Part shown: one piece after another, positions 51,931-61,655 of the stretch
Position numbering within the stretch: the stretch's first letter is position 1
Layout of the letters: the number at the start of each line of letters is the position of its first letter
From: a virus
Lineage: Duplodnaviria > Caudoviricetes
Direction: 5' to 3' (one strand)
Virus record (IMG/VR): IMGVR_UViG_2703719286_000002
Location: 3,723 to 67,722 of that record
Length of the DNA stretch: 64,000 bases
Notes under the pieces: model-generated
Seen by the model: only the letters and a program-made list of their open reading frames with translations
Database searches by the model: none
What the model was told of the DNA's origin: nothing
Position numbers and translations under genes: made by a program

Positions 51931-52345
51931 GGCGATCCGCCTCCTCCCTCGATCCCAAGACGGTGTCTAGGGCCTCTGGGATGTGCCGCTGACAGACGTA
52001 GAGATACCGGGTTGTGCCCAGCGCCCGGACGATGTGCGTCGGCAGCTCTTGCATCTCGATGGCGCAGACCTTCCCGACCGCCTGCTCGTCTGTCAACATA
52101 CGAAGGCTAAATCCGGCTCCCATGATCCTTCTCCTCTCCGGTCACCAGCTCATAAACGTCGAGTGCGGCCTCTCTACATGGGTAGCAGTTCGTTCGGCCG
52201 CGGATCGTGCGGACGGAGTCGGGCTTGCATACCGGCCGGCGGCAGCCGTCACAGGTCCCAAACCCGATCCCGCGGCACAGATAACACTTGTCCTCGCCCA
52301 CCTCGGGCCCTACACTTGCGCCAGCGACCGGCATCTCCCTCTCCT

Positions 52346-52792
52346 TCACCAACGGATGAACTCCTCCGCCCAGGCCAGCTCGTCGGGGGCCAGGACCTCC
52401 GGCGATAGCAGGAAGAAGCCGCACACATAGGCCCCGGCTTCAAGTAGGTTCCCGGGACTGAGCATCGCACCTCGGCTCCCGTGGGCGGCGTAGATCGGCG
52501 TGAAGGCCTGTCCCTCCGGGGTCGCCGCCCACCCATCCAACATGCGGTCGTCGTCTGCGAGGTTGCGGCCCTGCCAGCCGTGGCATAGCTCGTGCCAGAA
52601 GATGATCGGTGTGTTGAGCCCCGTCGTCGGGGAGATGATCACCGTCCGCTCCTCCTGGACCCAGCAGGAGGTCGCCGCGCTGTAGTAGCCGTCGGACAGG
52701 TCGCCGCAACGCTCGCTGATCTCGATGCTCCTGATGTTCCAACCGCAGCCGACTAAAAGAGTGGTCAGGAGCAGCAAAGCTATCAGCCTCAC
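52346..52792 (-). CDS. Lipoprotein with HExxH zinc-peptidase motif
   Basis: GTG start coupled to the DnaC-like stop; LLVGC lipobox; FWHELCHG. Confidence 0.7.
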   Translation of the reverse strand: MRLIALLLLTTLLVGCGWNIRSIEISERCGDLSDGYYSAATSCWVQEERTVIISPTTGLNTPIIFWHELCHGWQGRNLADDDRMLDGWAATPEGQAFTPIYAAHGSRGAMLSPGNLLEAGAYVCGFFLLSPEVLAPDELAWAEEFIRW

Positions 52793-53562
52793 TTGCCGTC
52801 CATGCCGCGCCGCACATCCCGGCCGCGGCACACCACCAGGCCCTCGTGGTAGCGGCTCCAACTACGCGGGTCGATTCTTTCAGGGTGTACATTGCTGGTG
52901 ATTATGGTCGGCGCTTGGTGGACGTATCGGCCGTCGAGGACCTCGTACAGCCGCTCGTCCGCCCACTCCGTTCTCTTCTCAACGCCCAGGTCGTCGAGGA
53001 TGAGGAGGAACTTTCCACGCTCGTAGGGCGCCAGCAGCGTCGTGATGTCCCTTCGCTCACCCTCTTCGCCGTAGGCTTCACGCCGCAGCCAGTCCAACAG
53101 CCGCGGAACTGACCAGAAGACCGACGGCCGATCCCAGGCGCTTTCGACGCCAGCAGCCACGGCCAGATGCGTCTTGCCGCACCCATAGTCGCCGATGAGA
53201 AGGGCGCACCACCTCTCGCGGGCCGCTACCATCCGGCAGAGCTCCGCCGCTTCCCTCATGCCTGGATTCTGCCGCAGGTCGAAGTTATCGAACGTGGCGT
53301 TCTCGAAGCGCGGTGGCACACCTGCGATAGCCGGCACCGGGTTGCACTGCGGGCACTGGAAACTCTTGCCGAAGTCGACATGGCCAGGGACAACCGGCCG
53401 TCGCACATGGCCAGCCCCCTGACACCACTCGCATTGATCCTCATCGTCCTTCTCCGGCAACGAAGGCGGCGGCCCAGTCCCCCGGGCTTCCCTGTCTGCG
53501 TTTAGAACCGCCCTGGCGTTCCCCAGCAGATCCTCTAGCTTCTTGAAGGCTCCCGCGCCCAT
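52789..53562 (-). CDS. DnaC/IstB-like AAA+ helicase loader
   Basis: CEWC..CPQC Zn site; GDYGCGKT; LLILDDLG; TIITSN. Confidence 0.9.
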   Translation of the reverse strand: MGAGAFKKLEDLLGNARAVLNADREARGTGPPPSLPEKDDEDQCEWCQGAGHVRRPVVPGHVDFGKSFQCPQCNPVPAIAGVPPRFENATFDNFDLRQNPGMREAAELCRMVAARERWCALLIGDYGCGKTHLAVAAGVESAWDRPSVFWSVPRLLDWLRREAYGEEGERRDITTLLAPYERGKFLLILDDLGVEKRTEWADERLYEVLDGRYVHQAPTIITSNVHPERIDPRSWSRYHEGLVVCRGRDVRRGMDGK

Positions 53563-54250
53563 TCGCCAAAATCCTTTCCATGTAGTCGTGGGGTTCTATG
53601 GCCCGCTGGCCGACCGCCTCCATCACCGCGGTGATGAGGCTCTGGCCGTGGCCGTACCGCCTGACAAGCGCCGCTACTCGGCCGCCGGTCAACTTCACCC
53701 CCAGGCAATGGCCGACGTCGATGAAGGCCGCGACCTGGTCATGCTTCTTCTGGCTGCCCAAGAACCGCTCGATGTGACCCTTCAGGTCGCCGGCCTCGGG
53801 GCGGCGGAGATCTTCACCGTCAGGTGAAGATCTACGAACGTCTCTATGGGTAGTTCTAGGGTAGTTCTGCGACGCAGAGGGCGACGGTCGCTTTTGCACA
53901 GGGCGACGGTCGTCCTTAAGTGCGAAGGTCGCGGGGGGCGACGGTCGTTCGATGGGTATGAGCGGCGGTTGGATTGCCCCCGTGAGTTCCCAGACATTGG
54001 GGTGACTATGGGCAGTGCCCGCATGGCGCCCATTGCGGCGGAGATACCCATCGTTTTCTAAAGAACGGAGGGCCCTAATGACCGTGGCGCGGTGGAAGCC
54101 GGTCTCGCCAGCCAAGGTCGCGTAACTTACCCACGCCGTGCCCTTGTGGTCACAATGGGTTGCGATAGCGAGCAATACTGGCTGCTGCGGCGTCTTGAGG
54201 TGGCGTTCACGCGCCCATTTGATCCAGTTATAGGCGTTTGAGCCCGACAT
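53441..54250 (-). CDS. Replication initiator with N-terminal winged HTH
   Basis: VLLAIATHCD..G.AWVSYATLAGETG.HRATVIRALRSLE..GYL; upstream of the loader; internal iterons. Confidence 0.8.
   Translation of the reverse strand: MSGSNAYNWIKWARERHLKTPQQPVLLAIATHCDHKGTAWVSYATLAGETGFHRATVIRALRSLENDGYLRRNGRHAGTAHSHPNVWELTGAIQPPLIPIERPSPPATFALKDDRRPVQKRPSPSASQNYPRTTHRDVRRSSPDGEDLRRPEAGDLKGHIERFLGSQKKHDQVAAFIDVGHCLGVKLTGGRVAALVRRYGHGQSLITAVMEAVGQRAIEPHDYMERILANGRGSLQEARGSAGERQGGSKRRQGSPGDWAAAFVAGEGR
53848..53947. repeat. Iterons inside the initiator gene (probable phage ori)
   Basis: GGGCGACGGTCG at 53879, 53901 and 53936, variant GCGAAGGTCG at 53922; GGGTAGTTCT at 53848 and 53859. Confidence 0.7.
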
Positions 54251-54620
54251 GGCGTGACCCCTTCCGCGAATTGCAGGTGGCGCAGAGCGTTTGGAGGTTG
54301 CTGAGTTCGGTAGGGCCGCGCTGCGACTCAGGGATGATGTGGTCGGCCCGCAGGTTGTCCCGCGAGCCGCAGCCGCGGCATCGGAAGTCATCTCGCTTGA
54401 ATACCTCCCAGCGGAGGGAGGAAGGGATTGGGGCCTTCTTCGGGTCGGCGGGTTTCGGCGGCCAGTGGACCTGTAGGCCTCGCACGAAGTACTCGAAGTC
54501 TGCCTCGTCATCAAAGCCCCAAGCGGGGACTGTGTGGAGGTCATTGATCAACCAGGCGAGCCGGTCCCAGATCAGAGGGTGCGCTCTCTTGAGTTCAGGG
54601 AAGGGGTTCTTGCCTGTCAT
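54228..54620 (-). CDS. HNH endonuclease
   Basis: RDDFRCRGCG...DHIIP...G.T..SNLQTLCATCNSRK. Confidence 0.92.
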   Translation of the reverse strand: MTGKNPFPELKRAHPLIWDRLAWLINDLHTVPAWGFDDEADFEYFVRGLQVHWPPKPADPKKAPIPSSLRWEVFKRDDFRCRGCGSRDNLRADHIIPESQRGPTELSNLQTLCATCNSRKGSRHVGLKRL

Positions 54621-54628
54621 CACGCACC

Positions 54629-55042
54629 TCAGATGGGGCAGAGCTCCAAGAGGAGCCCGGCCTCGTCGCCGTACCGCTTCTCGATGATGGCCCGGGCGAT
54701 CTGGGCATCGTTGCGGAAGGCGATGCCCTCGCACGCGTCGCCGACGATGCGTGCCAGCTTGTCGTAATCGGGCGTGGTGGCCTTGAAGACTGGTGGGTTC
54801 CGTTTCGGCGCCGACTTCGGGCGCAGGAAGACGAAGCAGACGTTCAGACTGACCGGGCCCTCGAGGGGCGGCCCCTGCCAGGCCTCCTGCACGGCGCGCC
54901 GGACGTCGCTCTCCCACTGCCGCATGGTCTTCTTGTTGTCGTCGACGATGATGGGGCGGAGCGTCCTCGGGTTCGTGAACGCCTTCTTGGAGCCCTTCGG
55001 CTGGGGGATGCCGCGGATGAAGATGGAGAAGGGGAGGGTCAT
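54629..55042 (-). CDS. rusA: RusA-family Holliday junction resolvase
   Basis: GIPQPKGS; PDYDKL...GDA..GIAFRNDAQI. Confidence 0.88.
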   Translation of the reverse strand: MTLPFSIFIRGIPQPKGSKKAFTNPRTLRPIIVDDNKKTMRQWESDVRRAVQEAWQGPPLEGPVSLNVCFVFLRPKSAPKRNPPVFKATTPDYDKLARIVGDACEGIAFRNDAQIARAIIEKRYGDEAGLLLELCPI

Positions 55043-55265
55043 GGCAGGACCGCCTTCATCCTGGTCCGATACCAGGGCTTGAGCAGCGGCCGCAGTCCGC
55101 GCATGTGCTCGCAATCGCCGTCGACGTAGCGCCTCAGCCCGCACATGCAGGCCATCTCATACCGGCCAGGCAGCACCCTTGAGATGAAGAGGATGCTGCG
55201 ACCGTCGCCACGGCGGTCCTTTGGGAAGAGGGTAGCTACGTGCTGCGTCCTCGGCGTCGCGTCGC

Positions 55266-56120
55266 TCATGGCCTCTCCTGCCACAGCCGGGCGTCCAGCC
55301 GGGCCTTGTCGCCGCTGTGCTTGTCGGGCCAGCCGCCGAGCTGCTTCAGGAAGAAGGGGACGCTAGCGGCGGCGCACTGGCCCTGGAGGCTCGCCAGCCA
55401 GAGGGGATCACAGGGCCGCGCCCCGGGCCCCGACTCGCCGCCAGCGATGACCCAGCCGATGTTGGGGGCACCTTGAGGATGGCCATGCGTAGGCACGCCC
55501 CGATGCCAGGGATAGCCGTAGCGGTTCTCGCACCTGCGACAGAAGCCTTTGCCATTGTCATCAAAGACGTGGCCTAGCCAGTCCCAGTCGCCGGGGTAGT
55601 CAGACTCGAAGGACTGGCAGGGGTCTACTAGGTCAATCGAGTCGATAACGGGCTCAAGAGAGGCGAAACGAAGGACGGCCGGGACCTCTAGGAGCTCCGT
55701 GATCCGCTTCTCCGCCCACCGCTGGTTCTCCGCGCTCACGCCGAGCCAGACGTTCGGCCAGCCCTCGCCCCAGTCGCGCGGCAGACAGGCCCGTATCCGC
55801 CCCGGCCGCTTGGTGAGCAGGAGGAAGGTGTGCTGCGGGCAGCGGCGGATGACGTCGTTGAAGTAGGTGGGGCGCCACTCGTCGGCGCCCTCGATGAAGA
55901 AGTCGCTGAGTGAGCAGACGAAGATGAAGCGCGGCTCCGGCCACTTGAGCGGCGCGTAGAAGGTGGCGTCGCTTGTGCGCGTCACGGTGTCGAAGTCCCA
56001 GCCGCGCCTCTTGGCGTCGGTGGCGGCGTAGCAGCCCCGACAGCCGGTGGAGCAGCGCCGGCAGCCCCGCCAGGGGTTCGTGCTGGCGTCGGCCCAGCCG
56101 ATCGGCGTCTTGTCAGCCAT
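55266..56120 (-). CDS. Gp37/Gp68 (DUF5131) family radical-SAM-like protein
   Basis: W.D.STNPWRGC..CS.GC.GCYA; FVCSLSDFF; LLTKRP; WVIAGGESGPGARP. Confidence 0.88.
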   Translation of the reverse strand: MADKTPIGWADASTNPWRGCRRCSTGCRGCYAATDAKRRGWDFDTVTRTSDATFYAPLKWPEPRFIFVCSLSDFFIEGADEWRPTYFNDVIRRCPQHTFLLLTKRPGRIRACLPRDWGEGWPNVWLGVSAENQRWAEKRITELLEVPAVLRFASLEPVIDSIDLVDPCQSFESDYPGDWDWLGHVFDDNGKGFCRRCENRYGYPWHRGVPTHGHPQGAPNIGWVIAGGESGPGARPCDPLWLASLQGQCAAASVPFFLKQLGGWPDKHSGDKARLDARLWQERP

Positions 56121-56172
56121 CCTTGGCCCTACCTCTCATGTCCTGCGGCGGCCCCAGCTCTTCGTCCACCAC

Positions 56173-56448
56173 TCACCCGGCACGGTCGGCCTCCAGTGCA
56201 GCCTTCAGTCCCTCCCACCAGGCGGCGTCCAGCCTGCGCCAGAGTGTAATGCTGGTGCCGAAGACACGGGCCAGGGCCACAGCAGCACACTCAGTCATGG
56301 GCTTGCCCTCTAGGACATCGAATACGTCCCGCTGCCACTCAGCGCCTATCCGCTCCATGAACTCCTCTTGGGACATGCCTCGGAACGCCATCTCTTCCTT
56401 GATGTACTCCGCTGGCGGGAAGACCTCGGCTGGCTGTCTGTCACCCAC
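56173..56448 (-). CDS. HigA-like HTH (antitoxin-type) protein
   Basis: PPAEYIKEEMAFRGMSQ...ALARVFGTSITLWRRLDAAW. Confidence 0.75.
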   Translation of the reverse strand: MGDRQPAEVFPPAEYIKEEMAFRGMSQEEFMERIGAEWQRDVFDVLEGKPMTECAAVALARVFGTSITLWRRLDAAWWEGLKAALEADRAG

Positions 56449-57154
56449 CGGCGGCCTCCTTCAGCGAGCGCGAGAACTCTTCGTACTCCGGCAGGTAGCG
56501 AGCAAGGTAGTGGACATGCCTCACCCCTGCCGGGCAGTCAGCATCCTCAGCGGTGTGCTCCCAGACTGGCACGTCAGCTAGGTACTCCACCGGCCCACCA
56601 CAGTTGTTGCACCGCTCACCGTCTTTCGTATGGGCAGGGAGCCTCATTTGATGGCCTCCTTCCTAATGGCGGCCCCAGCTTGCACCCCACCTCTCGGCAA
56701 ACCGAGGCCGCCTGCGCGGCCGGTTCGGCCTCATGCCTCACCTTCCGCCGACCGAAGCCCCAGCGATGGCGTCCCATCGTGCTCCCTGGGCCAAAGTCCG
56801 GGTGCCTGGAGCACCGGGCATCCGTCTAGCCTGTAGCCCAGAGGTCAGGGCCTCGGTCGGCGAGTGGCGAAGCCTAGTCACCGGCCTCTCCCTTCCGCCC
56901 ACTAGATGCAGAAGCGGCAATCCACCCCTGGCTCTCGGCGGTGCTGGCCAGCCGGGCGAACGCACCCTGGCGCTCGTCATCGGGCTCAGGGAAGACCTGG
57001 CGGCCCTGGACAAGTGCGGTAAGGACCGCCTCGGCCAGTTGCGAGGCCCCATGCGTTTCGAGCCACCGAACGGCTGGCGGATAGCCGTGTTCCCCGTCCG
57101 TGAACAGGACCCGCGCCTCGCCGTACTCGCCGGGCGTGAAGGGCGTGAAGTCTG

Positions 57155-57496
57155 TCATTGCCGTTTCTCGACCTTTGCGGCGGGTGGGCCTTCTTCTTCG
57201 CCGACCCGCTGGCCCAAGGACCGAAGGCGGGCAGCTATCCCACCAACGCCGTAGTGCTCCATCTCCTCGAGAGAGATTCCGGCGCAGGCGTTGACTGAGG
57301 CGACGATGCGCCGCGCGTACTCTTCGAGTTCGGCAGTGAGCGGGCAGCGGGCAAGCGGCAGGTATATTGTGGCGACGTGGAACCAACGGCCAGGCTCAGG
57401 CTTGAATCCAATCACGATCGCTTCTCTGCCACCGCCTGCATCTCGGGCAAGGTGGAGGGTTTTCCATGGTGCCCATCGCTCGTTCGCCACGTTCAT
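57155..57496 (-). CDS. Hypothetical phage protein
   Basis: EEYARRIVASVNACAGI motif frequent in phage small ORFs. Confidence 0.55.
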   Translation of the reverse strand: MNVANERWAPWKTLHLARDAGGGREAIVIGFKPEPGRWFHVATIYLPLARCPLTAELEEYARRIVASVNACAGISLEEMEHYGVGGIAARLRSLGQRVGEEEGPPAAKVEKRQ

Positions 57497-57508
57497 CTCC
57501 CTCTGCCG

Positions 57509-59248
57509 CTAACTGGACAAAGCGGCGACCCCCTCCGGCCAGAGAATGTCAGCGGCGCGGACCATGCCCGGCGAGGGATACTCGACGGCACCGAGCGTCC
57601 GCAGGCGCCCCAGGTTGTTGAAGTATCCCCCGCTCGTAGGGGACACATCGACCTGCGCCGCCAGGTCGTCCTTCCTCATGGCCTCCGGGTAGATGTCGAT
57701 GAGCGCCCTGAGGATCGCAGCCTGTGGCCGGGGCAGGATGCGATACCAGGACTCGTGCAACTCCTCAACGCCGGTGATGGGCTCGACGTCATGGGCCTGC
57801 TCGGCGCCGGCGTCGGTCAAGGAGACGTAGCTCGGCTGCGGGTAGTCGATGAGGCCTAGGCTGCGCAGCCGACCGAGGTTGTTGAAGTAGCCGCCACTCG
57901 TCGGACTGGCGCGAGCATGGACCGCGACCATGTTCTTGTGGACCTGGTCGAGGCCTAGACCTCTGAAGGCGGCCAGCACGTCGAGGATGCGCTGCTGAGG
58001 AACCGATATGCCGTCGGCAGGGAGAGGTTCAGGACTAGCCGCAGGCGGCACGTAGGCCGCTGGCGGCGTCACGCGAACCGACCTCTCGAGGGGTTCCGGC
58101 GGCACCGGCCTCTCCTGCGAGCCGTTCAAGGCCGCCAGCATCCGCTCGGAGAGCCGGGCCAGGGTGCCGGCGCCTTCACGCAGGGCTCGCTCGAGCCGCT
58201 GTTGACGGCGCTCTGCCTCGCGCACCTGGGCTCCATGCTCGCGCTTGGCTATCCCCACGGCCGCTGTGACCCGTCTCTCGATGGCCGCCTCGTCGACGGT
58301 CGCCGCCGGACGCTCCCGCTTGGCCTGCGCCAGCGCTCTCGTCAGTCGGGTGTTCTCTCGCTGCGCCCCCTCGAGAGTGCGGCGGTGCTCCTCGGCCTCG
58401 GCCGGCAGGTCGGCCAGTTGCGGGAGCAGCTCGCGGACCTTCTCGGTGGGCGGCGGTGCCCGAAACGCGAGGCGGGCACCGGCCTTGGGGTGCGTCGTGA
58501 GCACCCCGCCGACCTTGACCCGGGCGACGGTGCGGCAGAGGGCCGGCCCGAAGGCGAAGAACTCGCCGGGGTCCAGGTCCCGAAGCGCCGCCTGCTCCTC
58601 GCGGCCACTAAAGCCCAGCTCCTCGGCCGCCCGGCGCATGTCGACGTCCAGGGAGCTCCGGCCGATCAGCTTGTTGTTGCACTCCGCGGCGCCGTCCTTG
58701 TTGAGCTTGGACAGCCGCTGCGTGGCGAGGATGGCGCAGAAGCCCCGCTTGCGGCCCCGCGTCGCCAGGTCGATGACGGCGCTGGCGCTCTCCGCCTCAC
58801 CCTTCTGGGGGCAATAGACGTGCGCCTCGTCGACGACCACCAGGACGGGATGCCAGAGGGCCTTCGGCGCGTCGACCAGGGCCTCGAGGAACTGCCGGAC
58901 GAAGCGGACGCGCTCGTGCGCCTTCAGCTCGTAGAGGTCCAGGATGGCCGAGGCGCGTAGCTCCAGCAGCCTATGGGCGAGCAGCTTCGCCGATCGGGGG
59001 TCGGCGGCGGTGTCCCCGCCGCTCTTGGCCGCCAGCACGTAGTCGAAGCGCTCCCGGAGGCTGGCGAACTCGCCCTCCGGGTCGATGACGAGATGCTGGA
59101 CATGGCCGAAGGTCTGCTCGAGGATGCGCCGGATGCACCAGGACTTGCCGGCGCCGGAGTTGGCCTGGATCAGAAGGCGCGTGTCGACCAGGACGTCGAG
59201 GTCGCACCTCTGCTCGGTGGTCGCCGCGTCGCCGATAGTGAAGCGCAT
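57509..59248 (-). CDS. HerA/FtsK-like (DUF87) P-loop ATPase with coiled coil and two winged-helix repeats
   Basis: ANSGAGKS, IDPEGE, VDEAH, GRKRG, ATQR motifs; duplicated SPTSGGYFNNLGRLRxLG. Confidence 0.88.
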   Translation of the reverse strand: MRFTIGDAATTEQRCDLDVLVDTRLLIQANSGAGKSWCIRRILEQTFGHVQHLVIDPEGEFASLRERFDYVLAAKSGGDTAADPRSAKLLAHRLLELRASAILDLYELKAHERVRFVRQFLEALVDAPKALWHPVLVVVDEAHVYCPQKGEAESASAVIDLATRGRKRGFCAILATQRLSKLNKDGAAECNNKLIGRSSLDVDMRRAAEELGFSGREEQAALRDLDPGEFFAFGPALCRTVARVKVGGVLTTHPKAGARLAFRAPPPTEKVRELLPQLADLPAEAEEHRRTLEGAQRENTRLTRALAQAKRERPAATVDEAAIERRVTAAVGIAKREHGAQVREAERRQQRLERALREGAGTLARLSERMLAALNGSQERPVPPEPLERSVRVTPPAAYVPPAASPEPLPADGISVPQQRILDVLAAFRGLGLDQVHKNMVAVHARASPTSGGYFNNLGRLRSLGLIDYPQPSYVSLTDAGAEQAHDVEPITGVEELHESWYRILPRPQAAILRALIDIYPEAMRKDDLAAQVDVSPTSGGYFNNLGRLRTLGAVEYPSPGMVRAADILWPEGVAALSS

Positions 59249-59256
59249 GAGCGGTT

Positions 59257-59538
59257 CTACCCCTCCGCAGCGTCCTTGATCTGGAGGCGCTGGCCGCTGC
59301 CGGCCCGAACCGCGTGACCGTCCCGGGAGAAGGGCGTGGCCTCGATGAAGTAGCTCTCGCCGACCACGAAGCGCGTCGGCTTCTCCACCTTCGGCACACG
59401 CTTCTTGATCTCGCGGTCGGCCGCTCGATGGGCGGAGGCTTCCCTCTTGGTGGCGAGATACTTCGTGATCTCGTCGGCGAGCACCTCGTCCATCAGCGGC
59501 ACGTCCTCGAAGCTGGCCTGCTTGTTTACCCTTGCCAT
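59257..59538 (-). CDS. Hypothetical protein
   Basis: GGGGAG RBS; in the early operon series. Confidence 0.55.
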   Translation of the reverse strand: MARVNKQASFEDVPLMDEVLADEITKYLATKREASAHRAADREIKKRVPKVEKPTRFVVGESYFIEATPFSRDGHAVRAGSGQRLQIKDAAEG

Positions 59539-59784
59539 CTACTCCCCCTTCTCGCCCTCGTCGGGCGGGATAACTACGCCGCCGGCATCTCGGAAACGCC
59601 TGGAGGCGGCCTCGTAGCGATTCGGGATGTCCCGTATGTCCACCGTGAGATGCGCGAGGTAACTCCATCTCACCTCGCCCGTTCTCGGGTTCATCGCCTT
59701 GACGGGCTGCGGCCACGGCACGAGCATCAACTTCAGGCCCATGGCATTACCTCTCTCACCCACCGGAGCCATCGATGCACCCAC
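59539..59784 (-). CDS. Hypothetical protein (start uncertain)
   Basis: Abuts the next ORF. Confidence 0.45.
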   Translation of the reverse strand: MGASMAPVGERGNAMGLKLMLVPWPQPVKAMNPRTGEVRWSYLAHLTVDIRDIPNRYEAASRRFRDAGGVVIPPDEGEKGE

Positions 59785-59891
59785 CGCCGGTTGCGGCGGT
59801 GCCGGCGCTCCTTCCGGTGGGCTTCCGCGCCGGCGTGGCGCCCGTGGTGGCCGATCCAGCCGTTGCGTCGACGCTCACGGCTGTTCATCGC

Positions 59892-60344
59892 CTAGCTCCC
59901 GGTGCCACCGTTCAGCCCGGCCATCAGCGCACGGAGCGCCGCACGCTTCTTGCCGCCGAGGGCTCCGAAGGGCCGCGCCAGGATCTTGTCCATGAGCGGC
60001 AGCGCTTCGGTGAGCGCCTTCTGGCCGGCTGGCGTGATAGAGACCAGGTGTGCCCTCCGGTCCTTCGGGTGCTGGGACCTCTTGGCGAGCTTGCGGGCTT
60101 CCAGCCGGTCGAGGAGCATGGTGAGGGTCTGCGCCTGCCGGCGTAGCTCTGACGCTACGGTGGCCTGGGCGCACGGCCCCTTGGCCTGGAGGCAGATGAG
60201 GGTGTGGACCTGAGCCAGCGAAATGCCCTGCTCCGTTGTGAGAGCCTTATCGAGCCGGGCGTACATCGTCGCGTGGCCCTGCTGGAGCGTCAGCCAGTCC
60301 TCCATAACGAGGGACGTGTCGGACCTTGCTGTTGGGGTAGTCAA
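59892..60344 (-). CDS. MarR-family transcriptional regulator
   Basis: LTMLLDRLEARKLAKRSQHPKDRRAHLVSITPAG. Confidence 0.9.
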   Translation of the reverse strand: MTTPTARSDTSLVMEDWLTLQQGHATMYARLDKALTTEQGISLAQVHTLICLQAKGPCAQATVASELRRQAQTLTMLLDRLEARKLAKRSQHPKDRRAHLVSITPAGQKALTEALPLMDKILARPFGALGGKKRAALRALMAGLNGGTGS

Positions 60345-60378
60345 TGGGGACTCCTTTCTTCTGTTGGCCTACTGCCCC

Positions 60379-61641
60379 CTAGGACTCCGATCCCAGGGGT
60401 AGGGACTCCTGCTCGCCTTCGGCACTCTCTCGCTTTAGCCGCGCCATCGGCCCGACGGCGTTCCGCGCCTTCGCTGCCGTGTCGCCGTCTCGGATCAGCC
60501 CCGCGATGTCTATGAGTGCGTGGCCCAATATCAGCCAGGCGTCGGGCTCTGAGAGGCCCGCTTCCTGGGCCTTCGTCCGCACGAGCGCCTGGACATCCTC
60601 GTCGTTCTCGGGCCAGCCCATCGTCCGCTTGACGTCGGATCGGCTGTCGCAACCGGGGTGCCCCGCCTCCTTCAGCTTGGCCGCAACCCGGAGGAAGCCG
60701 TCGAAGCTCCCCTCACGCCCTCCGCTTTCGGCGGGCGCTGCCTCGGCCTGCGCTGGCTCCGCCTCGGCGGGCGGCACCTCGCGGGACTCGGCGTCGATGG
60801 GCTCATCGCCCGGATTCACCAGGGCCTCGGCGGGGATGGCCTCGGCGGGGATGGCCTCAGCCGCCTCCGTCGGCAGAGCATCCATGACCTCGGCAGCCTC
60901 GCCCACATCGGTGCCGGCGATGGCGTTGATGAGGTCGGGTGCTCCGAACCGGCAGGCCCGCTTGACGGCGGCCCAGGCCAGCATGTCGCGGGGGTAGAGC
61001 CGCCAGGGGCTCCCCTCTCGCTTCGTCTGGCCGGATGCCTGGGCGTCCTCGATCGTGTACCGGCTCCGGATGATGGTCTGCCCGCCCCGCTGGAGCTCCA
61101 CCTCGCAGGCCTCGCGGGTCCGCTCGTGGAAGACGAAGCGCGCCGTCGGATCGCGGGCCTGGACGACGCCCATCATGGCCTGCGCGTCGGGCTCCGTCCT
61201 GCCGTTGACGACGAAGCAGTGCCGTAGGGCCGTCATCGGCTTGAGGCCCAGCTCCCAGCCGGCGAGCATCACGGCGAACGCCTTCTCCGGCGAGTCGATG
61301 CCCGCCGGCACGGCGTGGCCGCGGGCCTCGATGACCGAGTTCGCGATGGTCTTGATGATCTGGACCTCTGGGATGGTGGGTAGGGTCGTGGCTGGCGGCG
61401 TCACGTGGATCGGCACCAGCGCCTTGCTCTGTTCCTGTGGGACCACCGCGGTGCTCGTGGCCCCCTCGTCCTCTTTAGCCATGCGAATAGCCTCCTTCAG
61501 ATGCCAGCAGTTGTGATGGCGTTCATAGCCCGGACAGTTGCAGATGACCGTCCCGTCCGGCCCGACCTGCGTGATGTAGCGACCGCCCCGCCGCGACCGT
61601 GAGGGGAATGTGTAGGAGCGGATGGGGCCGCTGACTACCAA
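60379..61641 (-). CDS. RecT/Bet-like single-strand annealing protein with N-terminal SWIM zinc finger
   Basis: CNCPGYERHHNCWH SWIM; AFAVMLAGWELGLKPM.AL....VVNG, W..YPRDML...AVKRACR annealase motifs; TTG start after GGAGGA. Confidence 0.75.
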   Translation of the reverse strand: MVVSGPIRSYTFPSRSRRGGRYITQVGPDGTVICNCPGYERHHNCWHLKEAIRMAKEDEGATSTAVVPQEQSKALVPIHVTPPATTLPTIPEVQIIKTIANSVIEARGHAVPAGIDSPEKAFAVMLAGWELGLKPMTALRHCFVVNGRTEPDAQAMMGVVQARDPTARFVFHERTREACEVELQRGGQTIIRSRYTIEDAQASGQTKREGSPWRLYPRDMLAWAAVKRACRFGAPDLINAIAGTDVGEAAEVMDALPTEAAEAIPAEAIPAEALVNPGDEPIDAESREVPPAEAEPAQAEAAPAESGGREGSFDGFLRVAAKLKEAGHPGCDSRSDVKRTMGWPENDEDVQALVRTKAQEAGLSEPDAWLILGHALIDIAGLIRDGDTAAKARNAVGPMARLKRESAEGEQESLPLGSES

Positions 61642-61655
61642 TGGTCTGCTTCCTC

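Noticed and set aside
54228-54620. HNH gene as a mobile intron/intein or as the effector of the RAMP-like locus
   Set aside because: Free-standing ORF between rusA and the initiator, 6 kb from the locus, interrupting no gene; common in phage replication modules
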